From: Azolla caroliniana
Taxonomy: Eukaryota > Plantae > Polypodiophyta
Reading direction: 5' to 3'
DNA: 64,000 nt
Assembly (NCBI GenBank): GCA_043228905.1
Contig: JBHGNT010000013.1
Location: 6,944,001 to 7,008,000 of the forward strand
How positions within the stretch are numbered: the stretch's first letter is position 1; every line of letters starts with the position of its first letter. Positions 1 to 12,427 of this stretch are shown in pieces. The position numbers and the translations under genes are program-made. The notes beneath the pieces were generated by a model. It worked only from the letters and a program-made list of their open reading frames with translations. It was not told the origin of the DNA and made no database searches.

Positions 1-624
1 ATTCACGACAAAGAACTTCTTGCCATTGTGGATTCTTTTCAACAATGGTGTCATTTTTTGGAGGGTTCGTCTCAACAAATCCTTGTCTATAATGATCACA
101 AAAATCTAACGTACTTCTAAAGTGCTCGAGTCTTGAGTCGTCGACAAGCTCGTTGGGTGCAGTGCTTAACTCGTTTTAATTTCGTAATTCTATATTGCCC
201 TGGGACGCAACAAGGAAAAGCACGTGCTTTATCTTGGCGTTCGTATATGGAACTTCAACCAGGGGAGGCTACATTTGAAAGTCAGAAGTTCATATCTTGG
301 GTCCTAACCGTCTACGACTAATGGCATTTCATGCTATAGACACACTTGGGGATTCAAGTCTTCTAGACTCCATTCGAGAGCATATTGAGACTGATGAATT
401 CGCCCAAGACATTCTGAACCATATTATCCTAGATCGTGCTTCTTGTTTACAATCTCAAAATCCTCGTCAAGACTACAACCAATTCAATGGGCATGATGGT
501 TTACTTTTTCGACAAAATCTCTTATATGTGCCTGATGGTCCTTCTCGACTCCAAGTCTTGCAACAATGTCATGACACACCAATGGCTTGACATTGTGGCA
601 TCCACAAGACTTTGGTGTTAATTT
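1..624 (+). mobile_element. Ty3/gypsy chromovirus A (Tcn1/Tf2-like), degenerate RNase H to integrase zinc finger, left fragment
   Basis: Translates IHDKELLAIVDSFQQWCHFLEG...DHKNL...LSRRQARW (RNase H), then LLYVP...HDTPMA*HCGIHKT (integrase HHCC start). Contains stops and frameshifts. Reading resumes at 16042 after removing B and one AATTT copy. Confidence 0.9.
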
Positions 625-1112
625 TGTTGTCCATGGGACAAAAAGATAAATTAGTTAAATGTAATACGCCGGTAGGTAAGGCTAGTAGGTGATGAAGGTA
701 GAGTTAGGAAAACGCCGAGTTTCGAGCCTCACAGTCAGCCGACGGCTCGGCTCTGTATGAAGAAAAGTATATAAACCGAGGTCTGCGTACCTCGGCAGGG
801 GGAGATATCTAGAGTATAGGCGAGGTCGTTTTCATAATTACAAGAGCTTTGTAAGGTCAGCGGCCGTGAGCCATGTTTTGTAATCATCAATAACTGTTTG
901 TAGTAATACATATCTATTAGCTCTTATTGTTTTCATATGTGTTCCTTCGTTACTACGATCTCAACTATGTATATGCGCCGGGTTATATTCCGGGTATGCT
1001 CTCCATTCTCTTCCCCTAATGACGCCTTCGTGCACAAGTCTTCACGTTACACATCCCTTGATACCGATAGCCTGTAGTTATATCAAAGGTGTTTCCAAAG
1101 GAACGGATAACA
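625..1112 (+). repeat. 5' LTR of element B
   Basis: Direct repeat of 15549-16036 with TG...CA ends and a TATA-like gtatataaac near 766. Confidence 0.95.
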
Positions 1113-1117
1113 CAATT

Positions 1118-1130
1118 TGGCACGCCCGGT
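1118..1130 (+). promoter_or_regulatory. Primer binding site of B (tRNA-Arg type, TGGCACGCCCGGT)
   Basis: TGG-initiated motif 5 nt after the 5' LTR. Complementary to the ...GGGCGUGCCA 3' end recalled for plant tRNA-Arg(UCU). Confidence 0.75.
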
Positions 1131-1258
1131 TACAGCTGTGAGATCACAGCGAACTACTTTGAAGGCAACCTTCAGCCGCCATTACGGCGCCCAATCCCAC
1201 CAATCAGTCTCGGCCACCTGCCCGACGCTCTGAGCTAGTCGAAAGAACTTCCGACTCG

Positions 1259-4200
1259 GTGGTCACGGACCAGTCTTTCCAAGAAATATCGGAGGATCAC
1301 CGGTTGCAATCCTCGCCATCTGCTACACGGTCGCGAGTTGATTCCACACCAACCTCTCCACCAAGCCCTCAAGAGGTCACCCACCCTGACCCTAACCCTT
1401 TTCCGGTTTTACCGGAAGATCCAAATTTCGATACCTTGTCGTATCCTTACCCACGATACACCGACGACCCCGACACGGAGTTGCACATCCGTGCCTTCGT
1501 GTCCACATGGCAGGCCAACCACTCAATGCAGCGACTCTCACCCGCCGAAATCGATGCCTCAAAAATCGCCGAGTTTACGCTATCCCTCGATGGACCAGCT
1601 ACGCGATGGTATTCTCACCTCAACGCAAGGGAGTTTATCACCTTCCAAGACCTTCACACGAAGTTCCTAGAACTTTTCTATCGTGAGGTGCCCAAACGAG
1701 AACTGCTCCGACAGTTCTTTTCCATGAGCCAAGAACCGCACGAGACGATCGCACAGTTCGCGATCCGGTTCCAGGATCTCTACAGACAAGTGGCCGACGT
1801 TGTCTCTGCACAACACATTCCGAACGCATTCCTGTCCAGCTTACGAGAGCTTCTACGGACGACTCTCGCACTTACTAATTTTACCAACCAAACGATCGAG
1901 CAAGTCATAGCGCGCATCCTCCCCCTCGATCGGACATAGCAGAGCACAGCTTTCTCTATGAGTTCACTGCAAAGCGCCCTTCCCCAGGAGGACAATCGCT
2001 TCCGCCAAGCCCTCCAATGCACAGTTTGCTCGGGATTGGGCCATCTGGCCCTCAAATGTCCTCACCGGCCACAATGTCTGATATGCCAGTCCCGCTGTCA
2101 CAATGTCGAGCAATGTGAATACAATATGCTCAACCACACAACGACGGCCCCGGTTCGCCAGATCGAGCCCAAGGATACATACTCTTGTCAGGACGAGTGA
2201 CAATCCTACCAGAACCAGGATAACCAACGACCCCGATCACCAGATAGGCGGCGTTGTGACGACGATTACCGTCGAGACGACGACCGTTACCGAAATGACA
2301 ACTGACAGAGATCAGATGACTGCCGTGATTGCTATCACGATGACCAGTACTGGGAAAACGACGATTATGATTGGTATGACGATGATCGGGATGACCGATA
2401 CGATTAGAGAAATTCCCATAATGATCGGCGCAACTCTCACCGAGGATCACGTAGCAACAGAAGGAATAATGACAACCATTAACGGGACCCCCCTCAAAAT
2501 GAACTGCGCAGCTCGAACGCGCCCCAGACCAACTCACCAACACACGAGGCCGGGAATCAATCGCATCCCCCCCCACAAACAAATCGGGCTGGCACCAACA
2601 ACTTGGCCGCCGTTACTTGCTTCAAGTGCAACCAACCCGGTCACTATGCTACACAATGCCCAACAACAGACCGCGGAAAGGCTCCTGCCGTGAATAGTAT
2701 TATGGCCGACGTGCAAAACATCACAACACGCAGTAAAGCCCAGGCCACTCCATGGCAAGTACAGGATGAAGTCCGGCAAGTAGCCAAAGAATGGATTGAT
2801 ACGGCCAACAAAAACAATGTGGTGCGGATGCAAACAGAAATGCGAGACACGACCATCGGAGCATCACAGTCCTCGGCACCATCCACGTCGACAGAAGATG
2901 AACAGCTGTGGGATGCCCTTACCAGTTCCAGGATCTCGCTGCCTCTGCATAAACTCTTACCACTCATGCCGCGTTTTCGGGACACCTTGGCTACACTCAC
3001 GGCCAACACCCATTCTACTGCGCCACATGTGTACCTGACCAAGTCAGGAACGGGTCTACCCCTCATGGATTCTCAGAATCCAGCCATAAAAATTATGGTT
3101 AAAGGACGGGACCTGCACGGGTGCATAATCGACGACGGCTCTGGCGTGAATGTCACTATCTCGGCCGTTGTATTACGACTCGAAGCACAGGGCGCCTACC
3201 CAATGTTACTTGGCAGACCATGGTTGCGCACAACAAATATCAAACAACATTGGCAGCGCAACATGATCTCGTTTCGCCAAGGAAAGACCAAGGGCCGGAT
3301 CATAACCGCAGAACGCGTAACCACGCCCCACAACACCTCGCCGTTATATGCGGAAGGGGTGCACATGCTCGACGGGTTAGCCGATGACGAGGTGGATGAC
3401 TTCCTAGAAGATCATCCCACTATCATACCCCTCTTCGAAATCGACGCCATATCGGCCGTCAGCACACCTCTAGACGAGGAGGTCACGGAGAATACACCTC
3501 CCTAGGACGAGCCAGATCCCACCACCATCGCAGAATTACGACACGCTCGGGACGCTTTTGAACGTGAACTCGCCATCTCCCAACGAGTGAAGGCATCAAC
3601 ACTCGAAACACTGAACCTCGGTTCAGATGAGAACCCTCGCACCCTACATATTGCTAATAACTTACCAACTGGGGAACGAGTAGCCCTCATACGCTTACTC
3701 ACCGATTACCAGGATGTATTCGCATGGTGTTACACGGATATGAAGGGTTTGGACCCTCAATACTACCAACACCAGATCCATCTTCTCCTTGACGCTCGGC
3801 CGGTTAAGCAAAGACGCCACCGGATGAACCCCAATTATGTGGCTAAGGTCAAGGAAGAAATAGACAAGCTCCTCCGAGTCGGGTTCATACGACCTGTAAA
3901 ACGTGCCACATGGTTAAGCCCAATCGTAGTCGTCCCCAAGAAAAACGGGAAAATCTGAGTCTGCGTCGACTACCGCAAGCTTAATGCTGCAATGGTCACG
4001 GATGGATTCCCTGTCCTATTCACGGATAGCGTTCTCGACACGATGACAGGTCACGAATGCTACAGCTTTCTAGACGGGTTCAGTGGCTACAACCAAATCA
4101 GAATGCACACGGATGATCAGGAGAAAACAACATTTGTCACGGAATGGGGTGTTTTCGTGGCAAAAGTAATGATGTTCGGTTTGAAAACGGCGCCGGCCAC

Positions 4201-6140
4201 GTTCCAGCGCATCATCACCGAAATTTTTAACGAGTATATCCCGGCGTTCATGCAAGTCTTTCTCGATGACTTCGCCGTGTATTGCCAGCGACTGGAACAC
4301 ATGACCCAATTATGTCTCTGTCTTGGTCGATGTCGCCAGGCTCGATTAAGTTTAAACCCGGCAAAGTGTGCATTCTTGGTCACAAGTGGCAACCTACTCG
4401 AGCACATCGTCAATCAAGAAGGTATCGCCAAGTACAAGCCATCCTAAACGCCCCCGTACCCTCGAACGCAAAGGCCCTTAGCTGATTTTTGGGACAAATC
4501 AGATAGCACAGCCGGATGATACGCCACCTGGCCGATTTCGCGACACCACTACATGCGGCGGTGCATCGACTTCCCTTTCAATGGACTTCAATCGAGGACG
4601 AGGCTTACCAAGGATTGAAATTAATGCTCTCGCATGCCCTAGTTGTACAACCCCCGATATGGTTGGAACCTTTTCACGTATTCGTGGACGCATCAGATAT
4701 CGCCATTGGGAGCGCACTTATGAAATGCATGCCCCCAAATTGGTATCGGCCAGTGTATTATGCTAGCCGACGTCTCTCGGCCGCGGAAAAGAACTATTCA
4801 ACCACCGAACGAGAGGCCCTTGGTATGATCTACAACATCAGTAAATTTCGGCATTACCTCTTAGGCCGAAAATTCACATTTCACGTCGATCACTTGGCCC
4901 TCCTTTACCTAGTCAATAGACAAACCTTGGCAGGTTGCTTGGCTCGATGGATGCTCCTGTTACAAGAGTTTGATTTTCATATACAACATCGACCCGAAGT
5001 CCAACACGCCATCACTGACTACCTAAGCCGCCTCGAGTCAGGGGACCCTACCGAGCCCACGTATGACGATTTACCCGATGCCGGCCTATTTAATCTCACA
5101 ACGCTGCCAGATGACAAAGAAGATGAATGGATCACGGAGATGACCCATTTCCTTAGTACTGGCCTGCCTCTCGACCACATGGCCCTCAATGCGCGGAAAC
5201 GACTCACAGTACGAAGCCGAAACTTTTGTCTTGTTTCCGACATCCTCTACCACAAAGGCTTGGACGGAATATGGCGCCGGGCGATTCGACAATTCGAGAA
5301 GAAGGCCATCCTCCAAGAGGCCCACTTAGGAATCGCCGGCCACGGACTACTGCACAAAATGGGTCGAGGCAAGGGCATTACGAGACAACACGGCAGCATC
5401 CACGGCCAAATTCGTGTACGAACATCTCTGGTGCCATTATGGATGCCCAATAGAGCTCGTTGGTGACCAAGGTGGGCACTTTATAAACCATATAATACGC
5501 GAGCTGACGACACACTACGTGGTTGTACATAAGAAAAGTACACCATACTACCCGCAGGCAAATGGATTGGCAGAATCGACTAACAAAATTCTCCAAACAA
5601 TCCTGAAGAAGATCGTCAATGAGAACTGCACCGATTGGGATGACAAGCTCCAAAGTGCACTATGGGCTTATCGCACTACATTCAAAACAAGCATTCAATT
5701 TACCCCCTTTCAGATGGATTTTGGTCTCAAAGCCGTTATGCCCATAGAGTTCCAAGTTTTGAGTCTCCGAGTTCAAGTTAAAGCAAGGCTCCCTGAGGTC
5801 CAATCCGAACAATATAGGCTGGAACAACTCCTCGAACTTGGCGAGGACCAAGTAGCGAGCATGGCCCAACTTGAACAGCGCCAACGACAACGGAAAGCCT
5901 TTGTGGACCGTCATCGGAAAGGATTGGAACAAGAACTAACCATCGGCAAACCGGTCCTCATTTTCCAGACACGACTCAGTGCCATGCCTGGGAAGTTACG
6001 ATTTTGATGGACCGGCCCCTTTTGGATTATTGATGAGTTTAACGGCACGTTCCAGCTCGGCACCCTCGCCGGGGAAATTGTCAAAAGCTGGGTGAATGGA
6101 TTCTGACTGCGACCGTACCATGGAAATACCCCAACCAACC
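1259..6140 (+). pseudogene. gag-pol of element B (fragmented)
   Basis: Retrotrans_gag-like region 1259-1939, three CX2CX4HX4C knuckles, protease IIDDGSGVN, RT FLDD, RNase H VDASDIAIG/EREAL/HVDH, integrase GDQG/PQANGLAE. Multiple stops and an integrase deletion near 5340 relative to E. Confidence 0.92.
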
Positions 6141-7624
6141 CTTTCGTCGAGTCTCATAGCACGGACAATGCCACGAAGGAGGCCACGTGTCCCCTTCGGT
6201 AAGAACCCACCAACATTCCAAAACGTACATTAGGTAGGATTAGGCATAGTTTTAGCAATTAGTTAGTTCCACCTAAACCACCTACCACATCACCCAAATC
6301 ACGTCACGTTTAGAGGCACACGCTTGTCCTTTTCACATGCACTTAAATATTTAAGGCACATGCACAACACCCAAGGCACAACACTAACTCCCTAGGACGC
6401 GTGGCCATAATATCCTATTATGGCACCCACAACCAAGAATCTCCAGGATCCTCTTCTGGCACAAAACCCTAGGCGTTCGATACAAAACAGTTACCCCAAA
6501 CACACAACACACATACGCTTTCTTGCACACTCAGCCTCCATCGCTCCCACGCTCTCAAGCCTCCTATCGCTCTCAGCGCTTTCATCGCTCCCACCGCTCT
6601 TGCTCCCAATCCCTCTCTTGTCCTCGTAGCCCCTCTGCCGAACCACAACCATCTCCTTCCCTCACTCTGTCTCGGCCTCGTCTCATCCTCCTTCCCCAAT
6701 CTTCCACACAACAGAACCCCGAGTCCATTATGCCTCTTGCAGCTTCATAGGAAACCCGCTCCTAGCTTCAGGAACGAGGATTAGGTGGTTATTTAAAGGT
6801 GATCGATGCCCCTGCACACCCTGACACCCAAACGATCGCACGCCGAATCCACCCGCACACAGTCACCAACAATATGATTTGTGTTGCCTTGGACTTGAAG
6901 CGAGGAGGTGATCATGAAGTCGAGATTCCCCCTTCCACGACCCTGAAGGAATACTTTGGTGTGTATTCCATATCTGGTAAGGCCTATCGCACCTATGGTG
7001 GATCCAACAAGGCATTCGGAGAAATCGCTTGCATCTTGATGGAGTACGCATTCGTGCATACCAACCCTACAAGTATGCCACAGAACAAAGCAGCGATCAT
7101 TATCAGTGAATACGAGGGAAACAAAATCAATTGGGGTATCATCACGAGCGAAGGCTTACGTGCTGCACTGGCCTCGTTTCAATCGGGTAAGAAGTTGCTT
7201 TTTGTGATGACGCATTTTTTCACAGTCCTCTACCCACCGCCTTCGCTTTCTTGCCCTCGCACCCTCTCTTCCCCACCACAACCACGGAAGCAGAGGGAGA
7301 AGCTCTTGGCCTTAAACCAGGAAGGGTGGGAAGAGCCCACACCCCCGTTGCCTCCTTCGACCACTCTAAACCCTACCCACACCTCGGTGCCACCCCCGCC
7401 AAAAAACCCAAAAGAAACGGGCGTTGCCCGACACATGTAAAGAATGGGACGAGGAAGCTGTCTCCGAGGTCAACATCACTGAGGATGTCACCATTAGACA
7501 AAAAACGCCATGGACATCGGTGACTCCCCCACAGCCAAGCCCACGCCTAACTAATCAGCAACCCTCGGAAACACGGCCCCAAAAACGGAAACAGGCGGAG
7601 GGACCAACACCACTGGCCCCTGAA

Positions 7625-8310
7625 TGAAGGGACTTGACGCTATCAAATCTTTCGCCTCTCGGCCACAACCGAGACAACACGGATCAATGCAGCAGAAAAT
7701 GGGAAAAAAAAAAAAAAAAACACAGAGAGACGAATACACAGGGTATAACGTGGAAAACCCTAAACGGGAAAAACCACGGGAGTGCACGACTCCAACTATC
7801 ACTATACATTGGAATATACAATGGCGAGCTGCAAGGCGACGACCTTGAGCTCGCTGTCCTCGCCACAGGCGGCGGTATTACACAGAGGCGTCGACCTCTT
7901 CGTTTCTATCTCTCTCTCTCGGCTGCTCTCACTTCTCATGAAAAATAAGCAACAACATTATAACTGTTTGCCCTAAGTCATATTTATACATATATGACTT
8001 TCGGGATATTTACAAATATAGCCTCAAGGGCTCTTAGCAAACATATTCACAAATATGTCCCTGCATCCGGATCCGCATCCGGGTACTCTTCATCCGGCTT
8101 CATGCCGGGTACTCTTCATCATCCGGATCCGTATCCGGGTACTCTTCATCCGGCTTCATGCCGGGTACTCTTCATCATCCGGATCCGCATCCGGGTACTC
8201 TTCATCCGGCTTCATGCCGGGTACTCTTCATCATCCGGTTCCGTAACCGCAACCGGGCTTGCCGTCATTCATCTCCGGACATCCCATCCGGAGGGACCGT
8301 AATCCCAACA
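7625..8310 (-). repeat. 3' LTR of copia C
   Basis: Near-identical to 12428-13112. Adjacent PPT agggggagtt on the minus strand at 8311-8320. Confidence 0.97.
8064..8243. repeat. 56-bp tandem repeat x3 in U3 of the copia C LTR (second set near 12866-13045)
   Basis: Unit catccggatccgcatccgggtactcttcatccggcttcatgccgggtactcttcat starts at 8064, 8120 and 8176. Confidence 0.95.
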
Positions 8311-8320
8311 AACTCCCCCT

Positions 8321-11300
8321 TCACTTCGGCATGGGATGTCTCTCCAATCCGATCCTCTTCCGGCATGCTTCCAGCTTGTCGGGTGTGAGCACCTTGGTCA
8401 GCATATCCGACCCGTTCTCGTCAGTGTGGATCTTCGTCAGCACGAACTCCTCGTCTTCTATCCTCTCCCGGATCCAGTGGTATCTACGCTGGATGTGTTT
8501 CGTCCGGGAATGGTAGGCCGCGTTCTTCGCAAGGTGGATGGCACTCTGACTGTCGCAGTAGAGTCGGTACTCCTCCTGTTGGATACCGAGCTCTCTAATG
8601 AAGTCCTTCATCCATATTATTTCCTTGCCGGCTTCAACAGCTGCCATGTACTCCGCCTCCGTGGTTGACAACGCAACCGTCTTCTGCAGCCTCGACTGCC
8701 ACGAAACGGCTCCCCCTGCATAGGTCATCACATACCCTGATGTGGACCGGCTGGTATCTGCATCAGCCGACATATCCGAATCGGTGAAGCCGTCGAGTTG
8801 GGGCTTACCGGAGCCGAATCGAAGGCACACGTTTGCCGTGCCCTTCAGGTATCGGAGTATCCACTTGGCCGCGTTCCAGTGCTCTTTGCCGGGATTGCTC
8901 ATGTACCGGCTCACCACTCCGACTGCATATCCTATGTCCGGTCTCGTACACACCATGGCGTACATCAAGCTTCCGACGGCAGAGGCATATGGTACTTTCA
9001 TCATGTCCTCCTTCTCAGCCTTTGTCTTGGGGCTTTGCTTGCTGGACAACTTGCAGTTTGCCGGGAGGGTCGATCCGACCGGTCTTGCTTCCGACATGTT
9101 GAACCGTTGAAGCACCTTTGTCACGTACTTCTCCTGTGACAGCCACAACTGCTTCTTCTTCCGGTCCCGGATGATGTGCATCCCTAGTATTTGCCTCGCC
9201 GGTCCCAGGTCTTTCATTGAGAAGGTTCGGTGAAGGGCCTTCTTCAGCATCCGTATCTTGACCTGGTCCCGTCCGACGATCAACATGTCGTCCACGTACA
9301 GGAGGAGTATTAGAAAGTCTCCTCCTTCGAACTTCTTCACAAACACGCTGTGATCGGACTGCGTTTTGTGGTACCCTTCGTCTGTCATGAAGGAGTCGAA
9401 CTTCCGGTACCATTGCCGGGGAGCCTGCTTCAGACCGTAAAGGCTCTTCTTCAACCGGCATACCAGGTGCTCCTTCCCTTTCTTCTCGAATCCTTCCGGT
9501 TGCTGCATGTAGATCTCTTCCTCGAGGTCACCGTGAAGGAATGCCGTCTTCACGTCCATCTGTTCTACCTCGAGGTCCATGCTTGCCGCTATGCTCAGCA
9601 CCGTCCGGATGGAGGTCATCTTCACTACCGGGGCAAATATCTCGTCGAAGTCGACGCCCTTCTTCTGCTGGAACCCCTTCACCACGATCCTGGCTTTGTA
9701 TCTCGGGGAGTTTCCGACATCTCCCGGTTTCAGCTTGAACACCCACTTGTTTCGAAGTGCCCGCTTTCCTTTCGGCAACTCCACAAGTTCATATGTGTGG
9801 TTCTCATGCAGGGAATCCATCTCCTCCTGCATGGCACTTAACCACCTGCGGCTCTGGGTGTCGTGCTTTGCTTCTTCAAAGCTCTCCGGCTCCCCCTCGT
9901 CGGTTAGCAGCACGTGCTCTGGTTCCGGAAATCTCCGGGGGGCCCTTCTCTCTCTTAGAGGATATCTCCGTTCGGGAGCTTCGGTAACCGGTTCTTCCGA
10001 TTCTTCTTCTTCATCCGAATTCATTTCGGGATCGGGGCCGGTTCCGGTATCATTTTCATCTTCTTCGGCCGGTTCTGTTTCTTCACCGTCTTCGGCCGGG
10101 TCTTCGAGTGTTAACCGGTCCCTTGCCGGTCGGGACTGCTCCTCGTAGAGTTTATCCTCACCGGTCGACTTGGAGCTCTTCATCTTCTTCTCCGACTCCC
10201 AGTCGGCGAGCGTCTTGTCCTCCATGAAGATGATATCTCGACTCCTGAATATCTTCTTGTCGACCGGGTCCCATACTCGGTAGCCGAACTCGTCGTCACC
10301 GTAACCGAGGAATATGCATGGCCGGGTCTTTGGATCTAACTTTCCTCTCCGGTCCTTTGCCACATGAACGTATGTGAGACACCCGAACACCTTCAGATGC
10401 CGGTAGGACACTTCCTTACCGGTCCACACTTTCTGCGGCGTGTCTCCGTCCAAAGGTACTGAGGGTGATCTATTTATCACATACGTCGCCGTCGACATTG
10501 CCTCAGCCCAGAATCCCTTGGGTAGTTTCGCATGCGCCAGCATACTCCGGACCCTCTCCATTATGGTCCGGTTCATCCTCTCGGCCAGCCCGTTCAGTTC
10601 CGGCGTCTTCGGCACAGTAAACTCGAGTCGGATTCCCTTCGAGCGACAGTACTCCTGGAACTGCCCCCGGTATTCCCCTCCGTTATCCGCTCGTATCGCT
10701 TTCAGCTTCTTGCCGGATTCCCTTTCCACTCTCGCGTGGAGTTCTTTGAAGACGCCCAACACTTGGTCCTTTGTCTTCAACGGCGCCGTCCACAGCTTCC
10801 GGCTGTGGTCATCAATGAATGTCACGAAGTACTGGGCTCCGCCATGTGACTTCGTTTCTACTTGACACACGTCAGTGTGCACCAGCTCCAATGGTGCACT
10901 ACGTCTCGTCGGTGGCCTTGAGTGGAAGGAGGTCCGGTTTTGCTTACCGGCCAGGCAGTCGGTGCACTTCTCCAGGTGCACATGCTTCACTGGAATAAGG
11001 TTGTCTTCTGCAAGCCTCTTCATCCCCTTCTCACTCATGTGGCACAGTCTCTTGTGCCACAGCTCACCGGCAGTGTCGGCTGCCACGTTCAGCTCTTCCG
11101 GACATAACCGGGCATTCATCAGGTACAACGTGTTAACTTTCCGGGCCCGAGCCACTATCAGACTCCCCTTGCTGAACTTCATTACGCCGTTCCGGATGCT
11201 ACCTGTGTAGCCTTCATCATCTAGCCTCCCGGCCGAAATCAGGTTCAATCGAACCTCCGGAACGTGTCGGACATCCTTCAGCAGCATTTTGCATCCGGTT

Positions 11301-12397
11301 GAGGTTGTTAACCACACGTCTCCTATGCCGGCAATCCGGCATGTACCTTCATTTCCCATCCGGACACAACCATGCTCACCGGCTGTGTAGGATGAGAAGT
11401 ATTTCTTCTCCGGGGTCAGGTGGAACGACGCTCCGGAATCGACCACCCAGGTCATCTCTTCTCCGGCAAGGTTCAGCTCCCTCTCTTCGGTAATGAGCAT
11501 GATCTCCTCTTCACTTGCCACGAGTGCCGTCGTTCCTTTCCGGTCCTGCCCTCGCCGATCCGAACCTCTCCGGTCCGTGGCTCCCCGGTATGCACCGTTT
11601 CTATCCGGTGACTTCTTCGAATCGGTGTCGTCGGCTCCGTTGTCCTTTCGGTAATGCCGACAATTCTTCCGGAAGTGCCCCGGCTTCCCACAGTGGAAGC
11701 ATGTGGGTCTTCCTCTTGACTGCGACCGGGTCCCCGACTTCTCCCGTCTTTGTGGACTCCGGTTCCATTGTCTTCCCCGTTCCGATTCGGTAAGCAGCGC
11801 CTTCGAGTCGGAGGCCGGTTCTTTATCTCTCCGACGCGCTTCTTCATTTAGAATACTTGTCTTTACCGTTTGTAGAGACAAGTTATCTTCGGTGCAGGAG
11901 GTGCTGAGAGTCACCACCAAGTTCTCCCAGCTTTCCGGCAATGTACACATCAAGATGATGGCTTGCATTGCATCCTCCAACGGGAACTTGATCGCCGCAA
12001 GCTGGTTCACGAATCCCATGAACGTGCTTACGTGTTCCACCATACTCTCGCCGTCCCGGTACTTGAGGTTCACTATCTTCCTCATCAGGGAGGTCCGGTT
12101 CAACGCATTCTTCCTCTCGTAGAGGCCCGACAGCTTCCGCCACATCTCGTATGCGTTGGTGTCGTTCGCCACATGCTGTAGAACGCTCACGTCGACGTAT
12201 TGCCGAATGGTAGCAACGGCTTTCCGGTTCAGAAGCCTCCATTCCGACTCAAGTACCCCCTTCGGTATTTCCGACCTGTCAATCGGTTCGTACAGGTCCC
12301 GAACAATCAGAAGATCCTCCATCTTGATCTTCCAGTCGGCGTAGTTCTGCGCATTCAGCACCATCATGCCCGGAGGCCCACTACCGCCGCCTTCCAT
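8321..12397 (-). CDS. Copia gag-pol polyprotein, 1358 aa, uninterrupted
   Basis: Gag NYADWKIKM, knuckle CFHCGKPGHFRKNC, protease WVVDSGAS, GAG-pre-integrase LWHKRLCH, integrase HTD/DNGGE/AER, RT QMDVKTAF/YVDD, RNase H TDSD/EAE/CDS. Confidence 0.97.
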   Translation of the reverse strand: MEGGGSGPPGMMVLNAQNYADWKIKMEDLLIVRDLYEPIDRSEIPKGVLESEWRLLNRKAVATIRQYVDVSVLQHVANDTNAYEMWRKLSGLYERKNALNRTSLMRKIVNLKYRDGESMVEHVSTFMGFVNQLAAIKFPLEDAMQAIILMCTLPESWENLVVTLSTSCTEDNLSLQTVKTSILNEEARRRDKEPASDSKALLTESERGRQWNRSPQRREKSGTRSQSRGRPTCFHCGKPGHFRKNCRHYRKDNGADDTDSKKSPDRNGAYRGATDRRGSDRRGQDRKGTTALVASEEEIMLITEERELNLAGEEMTWVVDSGASFHLTPEKKYFSSYTAGEHGCVRMGNEGTCRIAGIGDVWLTTSTGCKMLLKDVRHVPEVRLNLISAGRLDDEGYTGSIRNGVMKFSKGSLIVARARKVNTLYLMNARLCPEELNVAADTAGELWHKRLCHMSEKGMKRLAEDNLIPVKHVHLEKCTDCLAGKQNRTSFHSRPPTRRSAPLELVHTDVCQVETKSHGGAQYFVTFIDDHSRKLWTAPLKTKDQVLGVFKELHARVERESGKKLKAIRADNGGEYRGQFQEYCRSKGIRLEFTVPKTPELNGLAERMNRTIMERVRSMLAHAKLPKGFWAEAMSTATYVINRSPSVPLDGDTPQKVWTGKEVSYRHLKVFGCLTYVHVAKDRRGKLDPKTRPCIFLGYGDDEFGYRVWDPVDKKIFRSRDIIFMEDKTLADWESEKKMKSSKSTGEDKLYEEQSRPARDRLTLEDPAEDGEETEPAEEDENDTGTGPDPEMNSDEEEESEEPVTEAPERRYPLRERRAPRRFPEPEHVLLTDEGEPESFEEAKHDTQSRRWLSAMQEEMDSLHENHTYELVELPKGKRALRNKWVFKLKPGDVGNSPRYKARIVVKGFQQKKGVDFDEIFAPVVKMTSIRTVLSIAASMDLEVEQMDVKTAFLHGDLEEEIYMQQPEGFEKKGKEHLVCRLKKSLYGLKQAPRQWYRKFDSFMTDEGYHKTQSDHSVFVKKFEGGDFLILLLYVDDMLIVGRDQVKIRMLKKALHRTFSMKDLGPARQILGMHIIRDRKKKQLWLSQEKYVTKVLQRFNMSEARPVGSTLPANCKLSSKQSPKTKAEKEDMMKVPYASAVGSLMYAMVCTRPDIGYAVGVVSRYMSNPGKEHWNAAKWILRYLKGTANVCLRFGSGKPQLDGFTDSDMSADADTSRSTSGYVMTYAGGAVSWQSRLQKTVALSTTEAEYMAAVEAGKEIIWMKDFIRELGIQQEEYRLYCDSQSAIHLAKNAAYHSRTKHIQRRYHWIRERIEDEEFVLTKIHTDENGSDMLTKVLTPDKLEACRKRIGLERHPMPK

Positions 12398-12412
12398 TTT
12401 CTGTGTTACCGT

Positions 12413-12424
12413 GCTCTGATACCA
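12413..12424 (-). promoter_or_regulatory. tRNA-iMet PBS of copia C
   Basis: Canonical TGGTATCAGAGC, 3 nt from the LTR. Confidence 0.95.
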
Positions 12425-12427
12425 GTT

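Noticed and set aside
8064-8243. CRISPR-like repeat array (also 30377-30530 and 18067-18215)
   Set aside because: Contiguous tandem units without unique spacers, inside LTRs or intergenic plant DNA, and no cas genes.
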